From Aquificaceae bacterium (GTDB taxonomy: Bacteria; Aquificota; Aquificia; Aquificales; Aquificaceae), in contig JAXSNR010000001.1 of assembly GCA_037925075.1 (NCBI GenBank), positions 352,001-416,000 of the forward strand: DNA of 64,000 nucleotides, read 5' to 3'. Shown piece after piece: positions 1-9,904 of the stretch (the stretch's first letter is position 1; each line of letters opens with the position of its first letter). The notes under the pieces are model-generated. The model saw only the letters and a program-made list of their open reading frames with translations. It did no database searches and was not told the origin of the DNA. A program made the position numbers and the translations under genes.

Positions 1-1
1 T

Positions 2-1156
2 CCATCTAAGCAGGATACAATCCTTCAAACACTGGCTTCTATTATAAAAGAAGGAAGGTTAAAAGACCTTTTCTTAGAACTTGCACCTAAGAGCAAGGAC
101 TACCATTTTCTTATAGAACAGGCAAAGCTCTACGAAGAGCTGTCCAGTCTTGAATGGAAGCCCATAAAATTGGCAAAGCCTCTGAGTTATGGAGAAAAAA
201 GCCCCTGCCTTGACGAGATAAGGTTTAGGTTTTTTCTGTTGGGAGACCTAAAAGAATACGGCACTTCGGAAACCTTTGACAGTGCATTGCTTGAAGCGGT
301 TAAAAGTTTCCAAAGAAGACACGGACTAACGGACACGGGAGTTATAGACAAAAGAACCCTTATGGAGTTAAACCTAAGCCCAAGGGACAGGCTCAGGCAA
401 ATACACATAAACCTTGAAAAGCACCGGTGGCTACCAGAGGACTTCAAAAGGGCTGTGGTGGTAAATATACCTTCCTTTGAGCTATTTCTGATAGAGGGAG
501 ACCGCGTAAGACTTCACTCAAAGGTGATAGTGGGTAGGAATTATACACAAGATTTTAGACCCACACCCATCTTATACAGCAGGATAAACAGTATCACAGT
601 AAACCCCAAGTGGTATGTACCTGTGAGCATATCCGTTAAGGACATACTACCAAAGGTCAAGAAAAACCCAGAGTATCTCACAAGAAAGGGATTTAGGGTC
701 TTTTATGAAGAAGAAGAGGTAGACCCATTGCAGGTGGATTGGAGTCAGTACAGTGAGAAGAACTTTCCCTTCAGGCTTGTACAGGAACCGGGAGCAAAAA
801 ATTCTCTTGGCCGCATAAAGTTCAACTTCCCCAACCCTTTTGCGGTATACTTACACGATACTCCCGAAAGGCACCTCTTTAGGCACAATAAGAGGGCCTT
901 TAGCTCTGGATGTATAAGGATAGAAAAGGCAAGACAGTTGACTCTAATGATACTTGGAGAAGGCTGGAATGAGCGTAGGTTAGAAAATCTTATAAAAAGC
1001 GAGCAAACGCAAACAATAGGGATTGTGCCTATACCCATATACATTCTATACTTTACCACCTTTGAAAGGGATGGCATGCTTCATTTCAGAGAAGACCTCT
1101 ATGGGTATGATACAATTTTGTCTCGTACACTTTTTAAATCTGGAGGCGAAAAATGA
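2..1156 (+). CDS. Murein L,D-transpeptidase (YcbB/LdtD-like) with peptidoglycan-binding domain; 5'-partial
   Basis: Frame is open from position 2. PG-binding motif AVKSFQRRHGL; YkuD catalytic motif YLHDTP...FSSGCIR; adjacent to a YcbK-like gene. Confidence 0.9.
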   Translation, partial: PSKQDTILQTLASIIKEGRLKDLFLELAPKSKDYHFLIEQAKLYEELSSLEWKPIKLAKPLSYGEKSPCLDEIRFRFFLLGDLKEYGTSETFDSALLEAVKSFQRRHGLTDTGVIDKRTLMELNLSPRDRLRQIHINLEKHRWLPEDFKRAVVVNIPSFELFLIEGDRVRLHSKVIVGRNYTQDFRPTPILYSRINSITVNPKWYVPVSISVKDILPKVKKNPEYLTRKGFRVFYEEEEVDPLQVDWSQYSEKNFPFRLVQEPGAKNSLGRIKFNFPNPFAVYLHDTPERHLFRHNKRAFSSGCIRIEKARQLTLMILGEGWNERRLENLIKSEQTQTIGIVPIPIYILYFTTFERDGMLHFREDLYGYDTILSRTLFKSGGEK

Positions 1157-1698
1157 CAAGGAGAGAGCTTTTGAGGTCAATGGGATATATAGGAGGTTTT
1201 CTTTTAACGGGCTCTATTTCCTACGCTTCTGTTTTTAGAATTGGGGGTCTTTCAGAGGGTGCAAGGTACCTTAACCTCTACTCCATAAACACTGGCGAAA
1301 GCCTTAAGGTTGCTTACTGGATAGATGGTGAGTACATAGAAGGCTCTATTAGGGAGATAAACTGGCTTTTAAGGGATTACAGAAGCGGAGAGATTGCTCA
1401 AATAGACATAAAGCTCCTTGACCTTCTTTACCTTATAGCCAAAATATCTGAAGGGAAAAGGATAGAGGTGATATCCGGGTATAGGTCTCCAGCCACAAAT
1501 GCCTACCTTCGTAGGATAAAAAGGGGTGTTGCCAAGGACAGCTACCATACGCACGGAAAAGCGGTAGACATAAGGTTGGAGGGTATGAGCCTAAGCCAGC
1601 TTAGAGACCTTGCCCTTAGCTTGCGAGCTGGTGGTGTAGGATACTATCCAAGGTCTGGCTTTGTACACCTTGATACAGGTCCCTTTAGGTACTGGTAA
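1153..1698 (+). CDS. YcbK/DUF882 family peptidase M15 (MepK-like), Tat-exported
   Basis: Twin-arginine MTRRELL signal; SGYRS...SYH..GKAVD...FVHLDTG motifs. Confidence 0.9.
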   Translation: MTRRELLRSMGYIGGFLLTGSISYASVFRIGGLSEGARYLNLYSINTGESLKVAYWIDGEYIEGSIREINWLLRDYRSGEIAQIDIKLLDLLYLIAKISEGKRIEVISGYRSPATNAYLRRIKRGVAKDSYHTHGKAVDIRLEGMSLSQLRDLALSLRAGGVGYYPRSGFVHLDTGPFRYW

Positions 1699-2255
1699 TG
1701 ATAAGAGTCTTTGCGGGTTTTTTTACCACCAAGAAGATACAGGAAGCTGTAGAAAGGATACAATCTAAAAGTGAGAGGTTTATAAGGGGTAAATGGGTTG
1801 AGCCACAGAACTTTCATATGACCTTCCAGTTCATAGGTGAAGTCCCTCAGGAAAGGATAACAGAGCTCCTGAAAAACCTTCAGGAAATAGCCCAAAGTGC
1901 TAAGGCAATAAAGGTAAAATATAAGGGCCTGGGCGTTTTCCCAAGCCTTGATAGAGCTAGAGTGTTGTGGATAGGTGTGTCCGACGGCCACAGACAGCTT
2001 ATAGACTTAGCCAAGAGCATAGTAAGGGCAAACAGGCAAATAGGCATAAGGGACGAAGGCAAACCCTTTTATCCCCATGTAACCATATGCAGGATAAAGG
2101 AGTTTGATAAGAAAGCTCTCAAAGACCTTTTGCATCAGCACGAAAACACTTACTTTGGAGAAGACCTTGTGGATAGGGTCGCTCTTATAAAGAGTTCTCT
2201 AACCTCCGTTGGACCCATATACACTGTCATAGAGGAGTTTTACTTTCATGGGTGA
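1698..2255 (+). CDS. thpR: RNA 2',3'-cyclic phosphodiesterase (2H family)
   Basis: Two HxT motifs (HMTFQF, HVTICR); GVFP...RVLWIG. Confidence 0.9.
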   Translation: MIRVFAGFFTTKKIQEAVERIQSKSERFIRGKWVEPQNFHMTFQFIGEVPQERITELLKNLQEIAQSAKAIKVKYKGLGVFPSLDRARVLWIGVSDGHRQLIDLAKSIVRANRQIGIRDEGKPFYPHVTICRIKEFDKKALKDLLHQHENTYFGEDLVDRVALIKSSLTSVGPIYTVIEEFYFHG

Positions 2256-3249
2256 ATGGACTTACGAAAAGGCTGGAGTTAGCATAGAAAGGGCTGATGC
2301 TTTTGTGGAGTACATAAAGGAAAAGGTAAAAAGCTTGCCTCAACAAGCCCTTCTTTTTGGCTCCTTTGCCAGCGGGCTTAGGCTAAAAGGTTATAAAAAC
2401 CCCGTTCTCATGCTCACCACAGATGGCGTGGGCACAAAGCTAAAGATAGCTCAAGCCGTAGGTGTTCACCACACGGTGGGCATAGACCTTGTCGCCATGA
2501 ACGTAAACGACCTTCTAACCACCGGTGCAAAACCTCTTGCCTTTCTGGACTACATAGCGACGGGCAAGATAGACCTTAAGGTTATGAAGGAGCTTATGGA
2601 TGGTATAGTGGAGGGCTGTAAGCTGGCGGAGGTTGCCCTTGTGGGTGGAGAGACCGCAGAGATGCCAGACTTTTACCCTGAAGGCGTTTACGACCTTGCG
2701 GGCTTTTGTCTTGGTGTTTGCGAAGAAGAGGACCTTATAACCGGTAAAGATATAAAAGCGGGAGATATTATAATAGGCTTGCCTTCAAGCGGATTTCATA
2801 GCAACGGATACAGTCTTATAAGAAAGGTGCTTGAACATAAGGGAATAAGCTACGAAGATAGCTTTGAAGGTAAAAAGGTTTGGGAGGTGCTTTTGGAACC
2901 CACAAAAATATACATAGGGGACGTGCGTGCTCTTATGTCCTCTGGTGTAAGGATAAAGGGAATGGCTCACATAACAGGTGGTGGCATACCGGGGAACCTA
3001 ATAAGAATCCTTCCAGAAGGTTTGAGGGCTGTGGTGGAAAGGGAAAGGATACCTAAAAACCCCATTTTTGACTGGATAAGAAGGATGGGCGGAATATCCC
3101 TTGAGGAGATGTTCAAAACCTTTAACATGGGCGTGGGGTTTATGGTAGTAATTGGTGAAGAGGATAAGCATAAGGCTTTGGAGGCTGTTCCTTCTTCCTT
3201 TGTCTGTGGCTTTGTTGAGGAGGGTAAAAGGGATGTGGTTATTGTTTAA
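2248..3249 (+). CDS. purM: Phosphoribosylformylglycinamidine cyclo-ligase (AIR synthase)
   Basis: TYEKAGVS, DGVGTK, GGETAEMP, SSGFHSNGYSL, HITGGG motifs. Confidence 0.97.
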   Translation: MGEWTYEKAGVSIERADAFVEYIKEKVKSLPQQALLFGSFASGLRLKGYKNPVLMLTTDGVGTKLKIAQAVGVHHTVGIDLVAMNVNDLLTTGAKPLAFLDYIATGKIDLKVMKELMDGIVEGCKLAEVALVGGETAEMPDFYPEGVYDLAGFCLGVCEEEDLITGKDIKAGDIIIGLPSSGFHSNGYSLIRKVLEHKGISYEDSFEGKKVWEVLLEPTKIYIGDVRALMSSGVRIKGMAHITGGGIPGNLIRILPEGLRAVVERERIPKNPIFDWIRRMGGISLEEMFKTFNMGVGFMVVIGEEDKHKALEAVPSSFVCGFVEEGKRDVVIV

Positions 3250-5566
3250 AGTACTTCTATCTATCTGGGCTTTGGTGGGTTTCTCCTTTGCTCAGCTTGT
3301 GAGAGAGGTAAGAGTTGAAGGGGCACAGTATGTACCAGAGGATGTGATCATAGGGCTTATAAACATAAAACAGGGTAGTCTTTACAGCTCAGATATGGTA
3401 AGGGAAAGCATAAGGCGTATGTACAGGACTGGTTTTTTTGATGAGGTGGAGGTTTATAGGGAAATGGTAGGTAATGATGTGGTGCTTATCTACAAGGTAA
3501 AAGACTTACCGGTTATATACAAAATAGAGTTTGTGGGAAACAAAAAGATAAAATCCGATGATTTGGAGAAGAAAATAGGGATAGAAACGGAGATAGGCAA
3601 GATAGACCCAGAGGAGCTCATGAAAGGGTTTACCTCCTCACCCGCCATAGAAGAAAGGTTAGAAATTCAAAGGAAGCTAAGGCTTGGAAGGGTGCTTACA
3701 CGCGAAGAGCTTGAGTTTATAAAAAGGAAGATAGTAGAGGCTTACGCAAAAGAAGGATATCCCAATGTAAAGGTAGATTACGAGCTTGTGCCAAAGAAGG
3801 GTGCTTCAAAGGTGGTGTACAAAATAAATGAAGGTGAGCCAGAGTATGTAAGGAACATAAGCTTTACAGGAAACAAAACCTTTGGCAAAGGTAGATTGTT
3901 GGGGCTTATGGAGACAAAGCCTGTAAGCTTACTGGCTTTTAGGCTAAAGCCACCCTTCAGCGAAGAGGTACTAAAAGAGGACATAAGGAAAATAAAAGAC
4001 TTCTACCGCTCTGAAGGCTTCCTTGAGGCAAAGGTGGATTACTCGGTAAAAAAGGATGGAAACAGGTATGAGATAAACATAAAAATAGAAGAGGGACCCA
4101 GATACAAGATATCTGACCTGAAGATAGAAGGCAACACCCTTTATGCTTACTCCGAGCTGGTGGAGGATGTGCTAAGGAAAAACAGAAGAGGCTACTACAG
4201 GAGAGAGGTTATAGACAAGATAAAGGAGAATATAAGAAGGAAATACTCGGAGATAGGCTTTCTTGGAGTGTTTGTAGAAGAAAAGGAGTCTGTAGACAGA
4301 GAAAACAAGAGGGTAGAGGTAAGTCTAAGGGTTGAGGAAGGTGAGCCTGTGTATGTAAATAGGGTGGAAGTTCAGGGCAACTACGAATCCAGAGACTATG
4401 TGATAAGAAGGGAGCTAAGGCTTCAAGAAGGTGAGCTGGCAAACCAAAGGGAAATAGACAGGTCAAAAACGAGGGTCTTTAACCTTGGATACTATCAAGA
4501 TGTCTCCATAGAACCCTTCCCCTCAGAGGGCAAAAGCTGGGACTTTGTGGCAAGGGTGAGGGAAAGGTTTACAGGACAATTTTCCATAGGTCTTGGCTAC
4601 AATCAGGTGACGGGTGTTTCGGGCTTTATATCCTTGCGTAAGGGTAATTTTCTTGGAACTGGAGACATAGCGGGCATATCTTTATCTTACGGAAGCAAAT
4701 ACAAGGACAACTCCCTCTCTTACACAAGAAAATGGTTTCTAAACCAACCTATAGACCTCACCGGCTCTGTGTATGACAGAAGGATAGAATACACCACCTA
4801 CACGGTGGAAAGAACGGGTATAGACCTTGTCTTCTCAAGGGAGTTTGCGGAGTTTTGGAAGGCAAGTGCAGGAGTAAGCCTTCAGAGAGTAAGGTATAAG
4901 GACATATCTCCCGACGCTTCACCTCTCATAAAAGAGGAGGCTGGGACAAGACAGTCAAGAAAGCTCATCTTTGGTCTTACAAGAGACACAAGGGACAACT
5001 ATCTGTTTCCATCAAGCGGTTCTCTTACAGAATTGGGCTACTCAGTGGCTGTGCCCGTGCTTGGAGGAAACGAGAAGTTCAACAGAATAACCCTTTCCCA
5101 TCAGCAGTTTTTCAAGGACAGGTGGCTCGATACTGGTCTTATTTTCTCCTTCAAGGGCCTTTTGGGATTGGTTGAGCCCTACGGCGGAAAAAGAGTTCCT
5201 CTTGATGAGAGGTTCTTTGTAGGAGGTGACTTTACCATAAGAGGCTACAAGTACGGCTATGCGGGACCCATTGACCCAAACACAAAAGACCCAATAGGCT
5301 CCAAAAAACAGCTGATACTATCCGCAGAAGCAAACTATCCCCTTTATAAGAACATACTGTACGGTGCGGTTTTTTACGATACGGGTCTTGGCTTTGATGA
5401 CTGGAATCAGTTAAAGCCGCAAAATCTAAGAGGGGGCTATGGTGTAGGCATAAGGTTTATAACACCTTTTGCACCTATAAAGTTAGACTGGGCGGTTAAA
5501 ACGAAAAAAGTACCGGGCGATACTTCAAAGAGCAGGATACATTTTGTTCTTGGAGTGTTCTTCTGA
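3233..5566 (+). CDS. bamA: Outer membrane protein assembly factor BamA
   Basis: Signal peptide from ATG 3233; POTRA repeats; IRGY motif; C-terminal aromatic (VLGVFF). Confidence 0.95.
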   Translation: MWLLFKVLLSIWALVGFSFAQLVREVRVEGAQYVPEDVIIGLINIKQGSLYSSDMVRESIRRMYRTGFFDEVEVYREMVGNDVVLIYKVKDLPVIYKIEFVGNKKIKSDDLEKKIGIETEIGKIDPEELMKGFTSSPAIEERLEIQRKLRLGRVLTREELEFIKRKIVEAYAKEGYPNVKVDYELVPKKGASKVVYKINEGEPEYVRNISFTGNKTFGKGRLLGLMETKPVSLLAFRLKPPFSEEVLKEDIRKIKDFYRSEGFLEAKVDYSVKKDGNRYEINIKIEEGPRYKISDLKIEGNTLYAYSELVEDVLRKNRRGYYRREVIDKIKENIRRKYSEIGFLGVFVEEKESVDRENKRVEVSLRVEEGEPVYVNRVEVQGNYESRDYVIRRELRLQEGELANQREIDRSKTRVFNLGYYQDVSIEPFPSEGKSWDFVARVRERFTGQFSIGLGYNQVTGVSGFISLRKGNFLGTGDIAGISLSYGSKYKDNSLSYTRKWFLNQPIDLTGSVYDRRIEYTTYTVERTGIDLVFSREFAEFWKASAGVSLQRVRYKDISPDASPLIKEEAGTRQSRKLIFGLTRDTRDNYLFPSSGSLTELGYSVAVPVLGGNEKFNRITLSHQQFFKDRWLDTGLIFSFKGLLGLVEPYGGKRVPLDERFFVGGDFTIRGYKYGYAGPIDPNTKDPIGSKKQLILSAEANYPLYKNILYGAVFYDTGLGFDDWNQLKPQNLRGGYGVGIRFITPFAPIKLDWAVKTKKVPGDTSKSRIHFVLGVFF

Positions 5567-6366
5567 TGGTGCCAAGGGCTTTGACCATAGCAGGTTCAGA
5601 CAGCGGTGGTGGTGCGGGCATTCAGGCGGACCTCAAAACCTTCACTGTGCTTGGTGTCTATGGTATGAGTGCCATAACCTCTATAACTGTTCAGAACACT
5701 CTGGGAGTTTATGAGGTTTTAGACCTTCCACCTCACGTGGTTTATAACCAGATAAAGGTGGTAGTGGAAGACATAGGCGTGGACGCTTGCAAAACGGGCA
5801 TGCTTTCCAATGAGGAAATCATAAAGGCGGTTGCAAGGGCTGTAAGGGACTTAAAGATTGAAAGGGTAGCGGTTGACCCAGTTATGAGGGCAAAGTCGGG
5901 AGACCCGCTTTTAAAAGAGTCCGCAAGAGAAGCCCTTATAAAAGAAATACTTCCCCTTGCCCTTGTGATAACTCCAAACATACCAGAGGCGGAAGAGCTT
6001 TGTCGCTTTAAGATAAAAACCCTTGAGGACATGGAAAAGGCTTGTAAAAAGATACTTTCCTACGGACCATCTTCTGTGGTGCTTAAAGGTGGGCATATGG
6101 AAGGTGAGGAATCTGTGGATGTGTTCTACGATGGGCTTTCCTTTGAGTACTTAAAAGGTAAGTTTATAAAAACGAAGAACACTCACGGCACAGGCTGTAC
6201 CTTCTCTTCCGCCATAACAGCCTACTTGGCAAAAGGTTATAGCTTAAAGGATGCGGTCAAAGGTGCAAAAGAGTACATCCAAAAAGCCATAGAAAACTCT
6301 TTACCTCTTGGCAAGGGACACGGACCCCTGAACCACATGTGGCCCTTTTATTCTTTTAAAACATAA
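5566..6366 (+). CDS. thiD: Hydroxymethylpyrimidine/phosphomethylpyrimidine kinase
   Basis: TIAGSDSGGGAGIQADLKT; HGTGCT. Confidence 0.97.
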   Translation: MVPRALTIAGSDSGGGAGIQADLKTFTVLGVYGMSAITSITVQNTLGVYEVLDLPPHVVYNQIKVVVEDIGVDACKTGMLSNEEIIKAVARAVRDLKIERVAVDPVMRAKSGDPLLKESAREALIKEILPLALVITPNIPEAEELCRFKIKTLEDMEKACKKILSYGPSSVVLKGGHMEGEESVDVFYDGLSFEYLKGKFIKTKNTHGTGCTFSSAITAYLAKGYSLKDAVKGAKEYIQKAIENSLPLGKGHGPLNHMWPFYSFKT

Positions 6367-6701
6367 GCGACAGCTACGGAGAACTCCCTCTCGTGAGACA
6401 AGGATACCATTACTTTAGCATCTTCAAAGCCCTTTTTCAATATTCTTACTCTGGCGGGCTTTCCCCTGTCTCCAAGCACCTCTATCTCCGAAAACCTTAG
6501 AACCACTCCATAAGCCTGATAGAAAGCCTTTAGCACCGCCTCCTTACAAGCCCATCTTGCGGAAAGGCATTCATAAAAGGTTTGCTGACCAGTGCAATAC
6601 CTAAGCTCTTCTTCCGTGTAAATGCGTTTAAGAAATCTCTCTCCAAACCTATCTACCGCAGACCTAATTCTTTGATTGCTCACTATGTCTATACCCACCA
6701 T
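6348..6701 (-). CDS. acpS: Holo-[acyl-carrier-protein] synthase
   Basis: GIDIV, RWACKEAVLKA, SLSH motifs. Confidence 0.95.
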   Translation of the reverse strand: MVGIDIVSNQRIRSAVDRFGERFLKRIYTEEELRYCTGQQTFYECLSARWACKEAVLKAFYQAYGVVLRFSEIEVLGDRGKPARVRILKKGFEDAKVMVSLSHEREFSVAVAYVLKE

Positions 6702-6716
6702 GATAAACTATCTTAC

Positions 6717-7475
6717 ATGTCTTTACTCACGCTTAGTATAGTTTGCTATTTTTTAGCTTTTGTGTCTTCTTTGGTCTCCTATTTTACTAATGCTGTTAGA
6801 AAGCTTACCAGCCTTCTCCTTCTGTCCGCCTTAATACTCTACATGCTATACGTAAGCATTTTGTCCTTTAAGGTTCGTGGCTTCCCTTTTGCGGACATCT
6901 ACGGTTTTTATTCTCTACTTGGAAACGCCATGCTTAGCCTTCTTATAACCTTGTCCATAAGGTACGACTATCTTTGGAAATTTTCCGCCTTTTTTGCCAT
7001 ATTTGGAATACTTTCAACCCTGTTGGCTATGCCCGCAGAACCTTCCCCTTACAAAAGCCCCTTGTATTCCCTTCACATCACCTCCGCCCTTGCGTCCTAT
7101 GCCTTTGCCTTCTTTGGTGGATTTTCATCCATACTCAAGCTTGTCCTTGAGACAAGACTAAAGCACAAAAACATCACGGGCTTTTTCATGCCCCTTAGCT
7201 TTCTAAGAGCTTTGGAAAGGCTTTCTATAAACCTTAGCTTTGTCTTTTTTACCCTTACCCTTATCTTTGGAAGTTTTTGGAGCAGGAGCTTTTTTGGAAA
7301 ACACTGGGTGAGCGACCCAAAGCTAATCTTTGTGCTTTATCTATGGACATACTATGCAGTGGTAGTTCATCTTAATCTTCTCAAAAGGATAAAACCCAAA
7401 ACCCTCTCCTATGCCATTATACTGGGCATGATTTTCACCGTGCTAAACATACTCCTTGTAAGACATGAACTGTAA
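6717..7475 (+). CDS. Cytochrome c biogenesis protein CcsA/ResC family
   Basis: Multi-TM protein with tryptophan-rich GSFWS...W.SDPK motif and conserved His residues; start set at ATG 6717. Confidence 0.8.
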   Translation: MSLLTLSIVCYFLAFVSSLVSYFTNAVRKLTSLLLLSALILYMLYVSILSFKVRGFPFADIYGFYSLLGNAMLSLLITLSIRYDYLWKFSAFFAIFGILSTLLAMPAEPSPYKSPLYSLHITSALASYAFAFFGGFSSILKLVLETRLKHKNITGFFMPLSFLRALERLSINLSFVFFTLTLIFGSFWSRSFFGKHWVSDPKLIFVLYLWTYYAVVVHLNLLKRIKPKTLSYAIILGMIFTVLNILLVRHEL

Positions 7476-7980
7476 AAGGGTTTTTCTTGTGGGGTTTATG
7501 TGCAGTGGGAAAAGCACTATAGGAAAGCTTCTTGCCAACAGACTGGGTTGGAAGTTTTTGGATGTGGATGAGGAGCTTGAAAAGGTAGAGGGGATGAGCA
7601 TACCCCAGATTTTTGAAACGCGAGGAGAAGACTACTTCAGAAAACGCGAGCTTGAGGTCCTTATGGACTTAGCCAAAGAGGAAAAGCTTGTCGTAAGCAC
7701 CGGTGGTGGTCTGGGTGCAAACCTTCAAGCGATGGAGTTTATGAAAAGCTCAGGACTTGTGGTTTGGCTTAGCATAGATTTTGAAGCATTTCTACGCAGA
7801 TGTGGAAAAAACCCGTCAAGACCACTCTTGAAGAAAAGTAAGGATGAACTCCTTAGAATCTTTGAAAATAGGTCCGAGGCATACCGCAAAGCTCATCTTA
7901 AGCTTGATGGCACTTTGGAGCCTTACGCAATTGTGGAAGAAATAATACACGCTTGCAAGGGGAGTTTTTATATCTTATAA
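7465..7980 (+). CDS. aroK: Shikimate kinase
   Basis: GFMCSGKST Walker A; GEDYFR; STGGG; RPLL. Confidence 0.95.
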   Translation: MNCKRVFLVGFMCSGKSTIGKLLANRLGWKFLDVDEELEKVEGMSIPQIFETRGEDYFRKRELEVLMDLAKEEKLVVSTGGGLGANLQAMEFMKSSGLVVWLSIDFEAFLRRCGKNPSRPLLKKSKDELLRIFENRSEAYRKAHLKLDGTLEPYAIVEEIIHACKGSFYIL

Positions 7981-8001
7981 TGAACTCAGAAGGAGGTAAG
8001 T

Positions 8002-8745
8002 ATGCTTAAAAAAGTTGGATTTTTATCTATGGCTATAGCCACAGCATTAACTTTGAACGCTTGTGGGCAAAGCTCCGCCAAATGCCCATCAAAGGACCAG
8101 ATAAAGGCCTCTGTAAAAGACCTGATACCACAGGACTTTACCGTTGAGTCCGTATCCCAGCTTCAGAACATAAAGGGTCTTTGTGAGGTGGTGGTCAAGG
8201 TTGGTGCCCAGCCTCTGGTTTTTTACATGGATGGCAAGGGAGAATATCTACTTGCGGGGAACCTCATAAGCCTAAAGGACAAAAAGAACATAACAAGAGA
8301 CAGACAACAAGAGTTTATGAAGGTCTCCGCAGAACAACTTAAAGAGTTAGAAAAGCACGTGAATATAAAACAGGGAGAAGGCAACAAATACATATACTTT
8401 ATAACAGACCCAGACTGTCCCTTCTGTAAAAGAAGCAATCCTATAGTGGAAGAGTGGGCAAAGAAAAACAACGTTCAGATAAGGGTTATCTTCTTCCCAC
8501 TCCCCATACATCCTGAAGCCTTTGGTAAAGCAGTGGCAGTCATATGCGACAAGAAGGGCTTTAAAGAGTATGCGGAAGGTTATACATCCCAAAACCAATG
8601 TGAAGATGGAAAGAAAGCGGTTCAAGCAAATCTTGAGTATATGAACAAGCTGGGCATAGGTGGAACGCCTACCTTTATAGGTATGAACGGCAAAATGCAT
8701 TCAGGAGTGCCTACGGAGGAGGACCTTAACAAGCTCATAAACTAA
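8002..8745 (+). CDS. DsbC/DsbG-family thiol:disulfide isomerase, probable lipoprotein
   Basis: Lipobox LNAC; TDPDCPFC; GTPT. Confidence 0.88.
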   Translation: MLKKVGFLSMAIATALTLNACGQSSAKCPSKDQIKASVKDLIPQDFTVESVSQLQNIKGLCEVVVKVGAQPLVFYMDGKGEYLLAGNLISLKDKKNITRDRQQEFMKVSAEQLKELEKHVNIKQGEGNKYIYFITDPDCPFCKRSNPIVEEWAKKNNVQIRVIFFPLPIHPEAFGKAVAVICDKKGFKEYAEGYTSQNQCEDGKKAVQANLEYMNKLGIGGTPTFIGMNGKMHSGVPTEEDLNKLIN

Positions 8746-9861
8746 ATGCAATGGATAGAGGAAGAGCTTTTAAGTCTAAAGGCTAATAATCTTTACAGAC
8801 AAAGGTATCTCAGAGAAGGTCTTTTGGACTTTTGCTCCAACGATTACCTTGCCCTGAGGGACCACCCTGAGGTGGTTGAAGAAGCCATAAAGGCTCTCAA
8901 AGAATATGGGCTTGGTTCTGGGGCATCCGCTTTAGTTTCTGGCTATACAAAACACCACAGGGACCTAGAGGAAAAGCTTTCGGAGTTTAAGGAAACACCT
9001 TGTTGTGTTCTCTTTGGCTCTGGCTATCTTGCCAACCTTGGTACAATAACCTCCCTTGTAGGAGAAGGAGACCTCATACTGAGCGATGAGCTAAACCACG
9101 CCAGCATAATAGATGCCTGTAGGCTTTCAAAGGTTAAGGTGCTTGTCTACAGGCACAGAGATTATGAGCATCTTGAAGAGCTTCTCAAAAACTTCAGAAA
9201 GAACCACAGAAGATGCCTTATAGTCACAGATACAGTTTTTAGTATGGATGGAGACATAGCGGACATAAAAGCACTTAAAAAGTATGCAAAAGCCTACGAT
9301 TGTATGCTTTATTTAGATGAAGCTCATGCGACGGGCGTGCTTGGAACTTCAGGAAGGGGAGGGTTAGAAGAATTTAAAGAAGGGTGGGAAGAGTACATAG
9401 TGATTATGGGGACTCTCTCTAAAGCCCTTGGCTCATATGGTGCCTTTGTATGCGGTTCTAAAGCTCTTTGTGATTATCTGGTAAATAGGGCAAGGAGTCT
9501 TATCTTTTCCACATCTTTACCACCTGCTGTATGTGCGGGTGCAAAAAAGGCTCTTGAGATAATCCAAAAGGAGCAATGGAGAGTGAGAAAACTAAAGGAG
9601 AAAAGTGAGATGATTTACCGTGAGCTTTCTAAACTTGGGCTTGAGGTTCTCTTCCATGGTACCCCCATACTACCAATAATGACTTACGAGGAAAGTAAGG
9701 CCCTTTACATAAGAGACAAACTCCTTGAGAAAGGGATGTTGCTTCAGGCTATAAGGTATCCTACAGTTCCAAAGGGAAGGGCAAGGCTAAGGCTTACAGC
9801 AAGCTTAAGGTATAAGGAAGAGGACCTTGAAAGGCTCTTTGAAGCTTTTGAAAAACTTTAA
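8746..9861 (+). CDS. bioF: 8-amino-7-oxononanoate synthase
   Basis: FCSNDYL, NHASIID, DEAHATG, TLSKALG (PLP lysine). Confidence 0.95.
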   Translation: MQWIEEELLSLKANNLYRQRYLREGLLDFCSNDYLALRDHPEVVEEAIKALKEYGLGSGASALVSGYTKHHRDLEEKLSEFKETPCCVLFGSGYLANLGTITSLVGEGDLILSDELNHASIIDACRLSKVKVLVYRHRDYEHLEELLKNFRKNHRRCLIVTDTVFSMDGDIADIKALKKYAKAYDCMLYLDEAHATGVLGTSGRGGLEEFKEGWEEYIVIMGTLSKALGSYGAFVCGSKALCDYLVNRARSLIFSTSLPPAVCAGAKKALEIIQKEQWRVRKLKEKSEMIYRELSKLGLEVLFHGTPILPIMTYEESKALYIRDKLLEKGMLLQAIRYPTVPKGRARLRLTASLRYKEEDLERLFEAFEKL

Positions 9862-9904
9862 CCCCCTCCCACCCCTTCAATCCCTCCCATACCCATCTTC
9901 TAAA

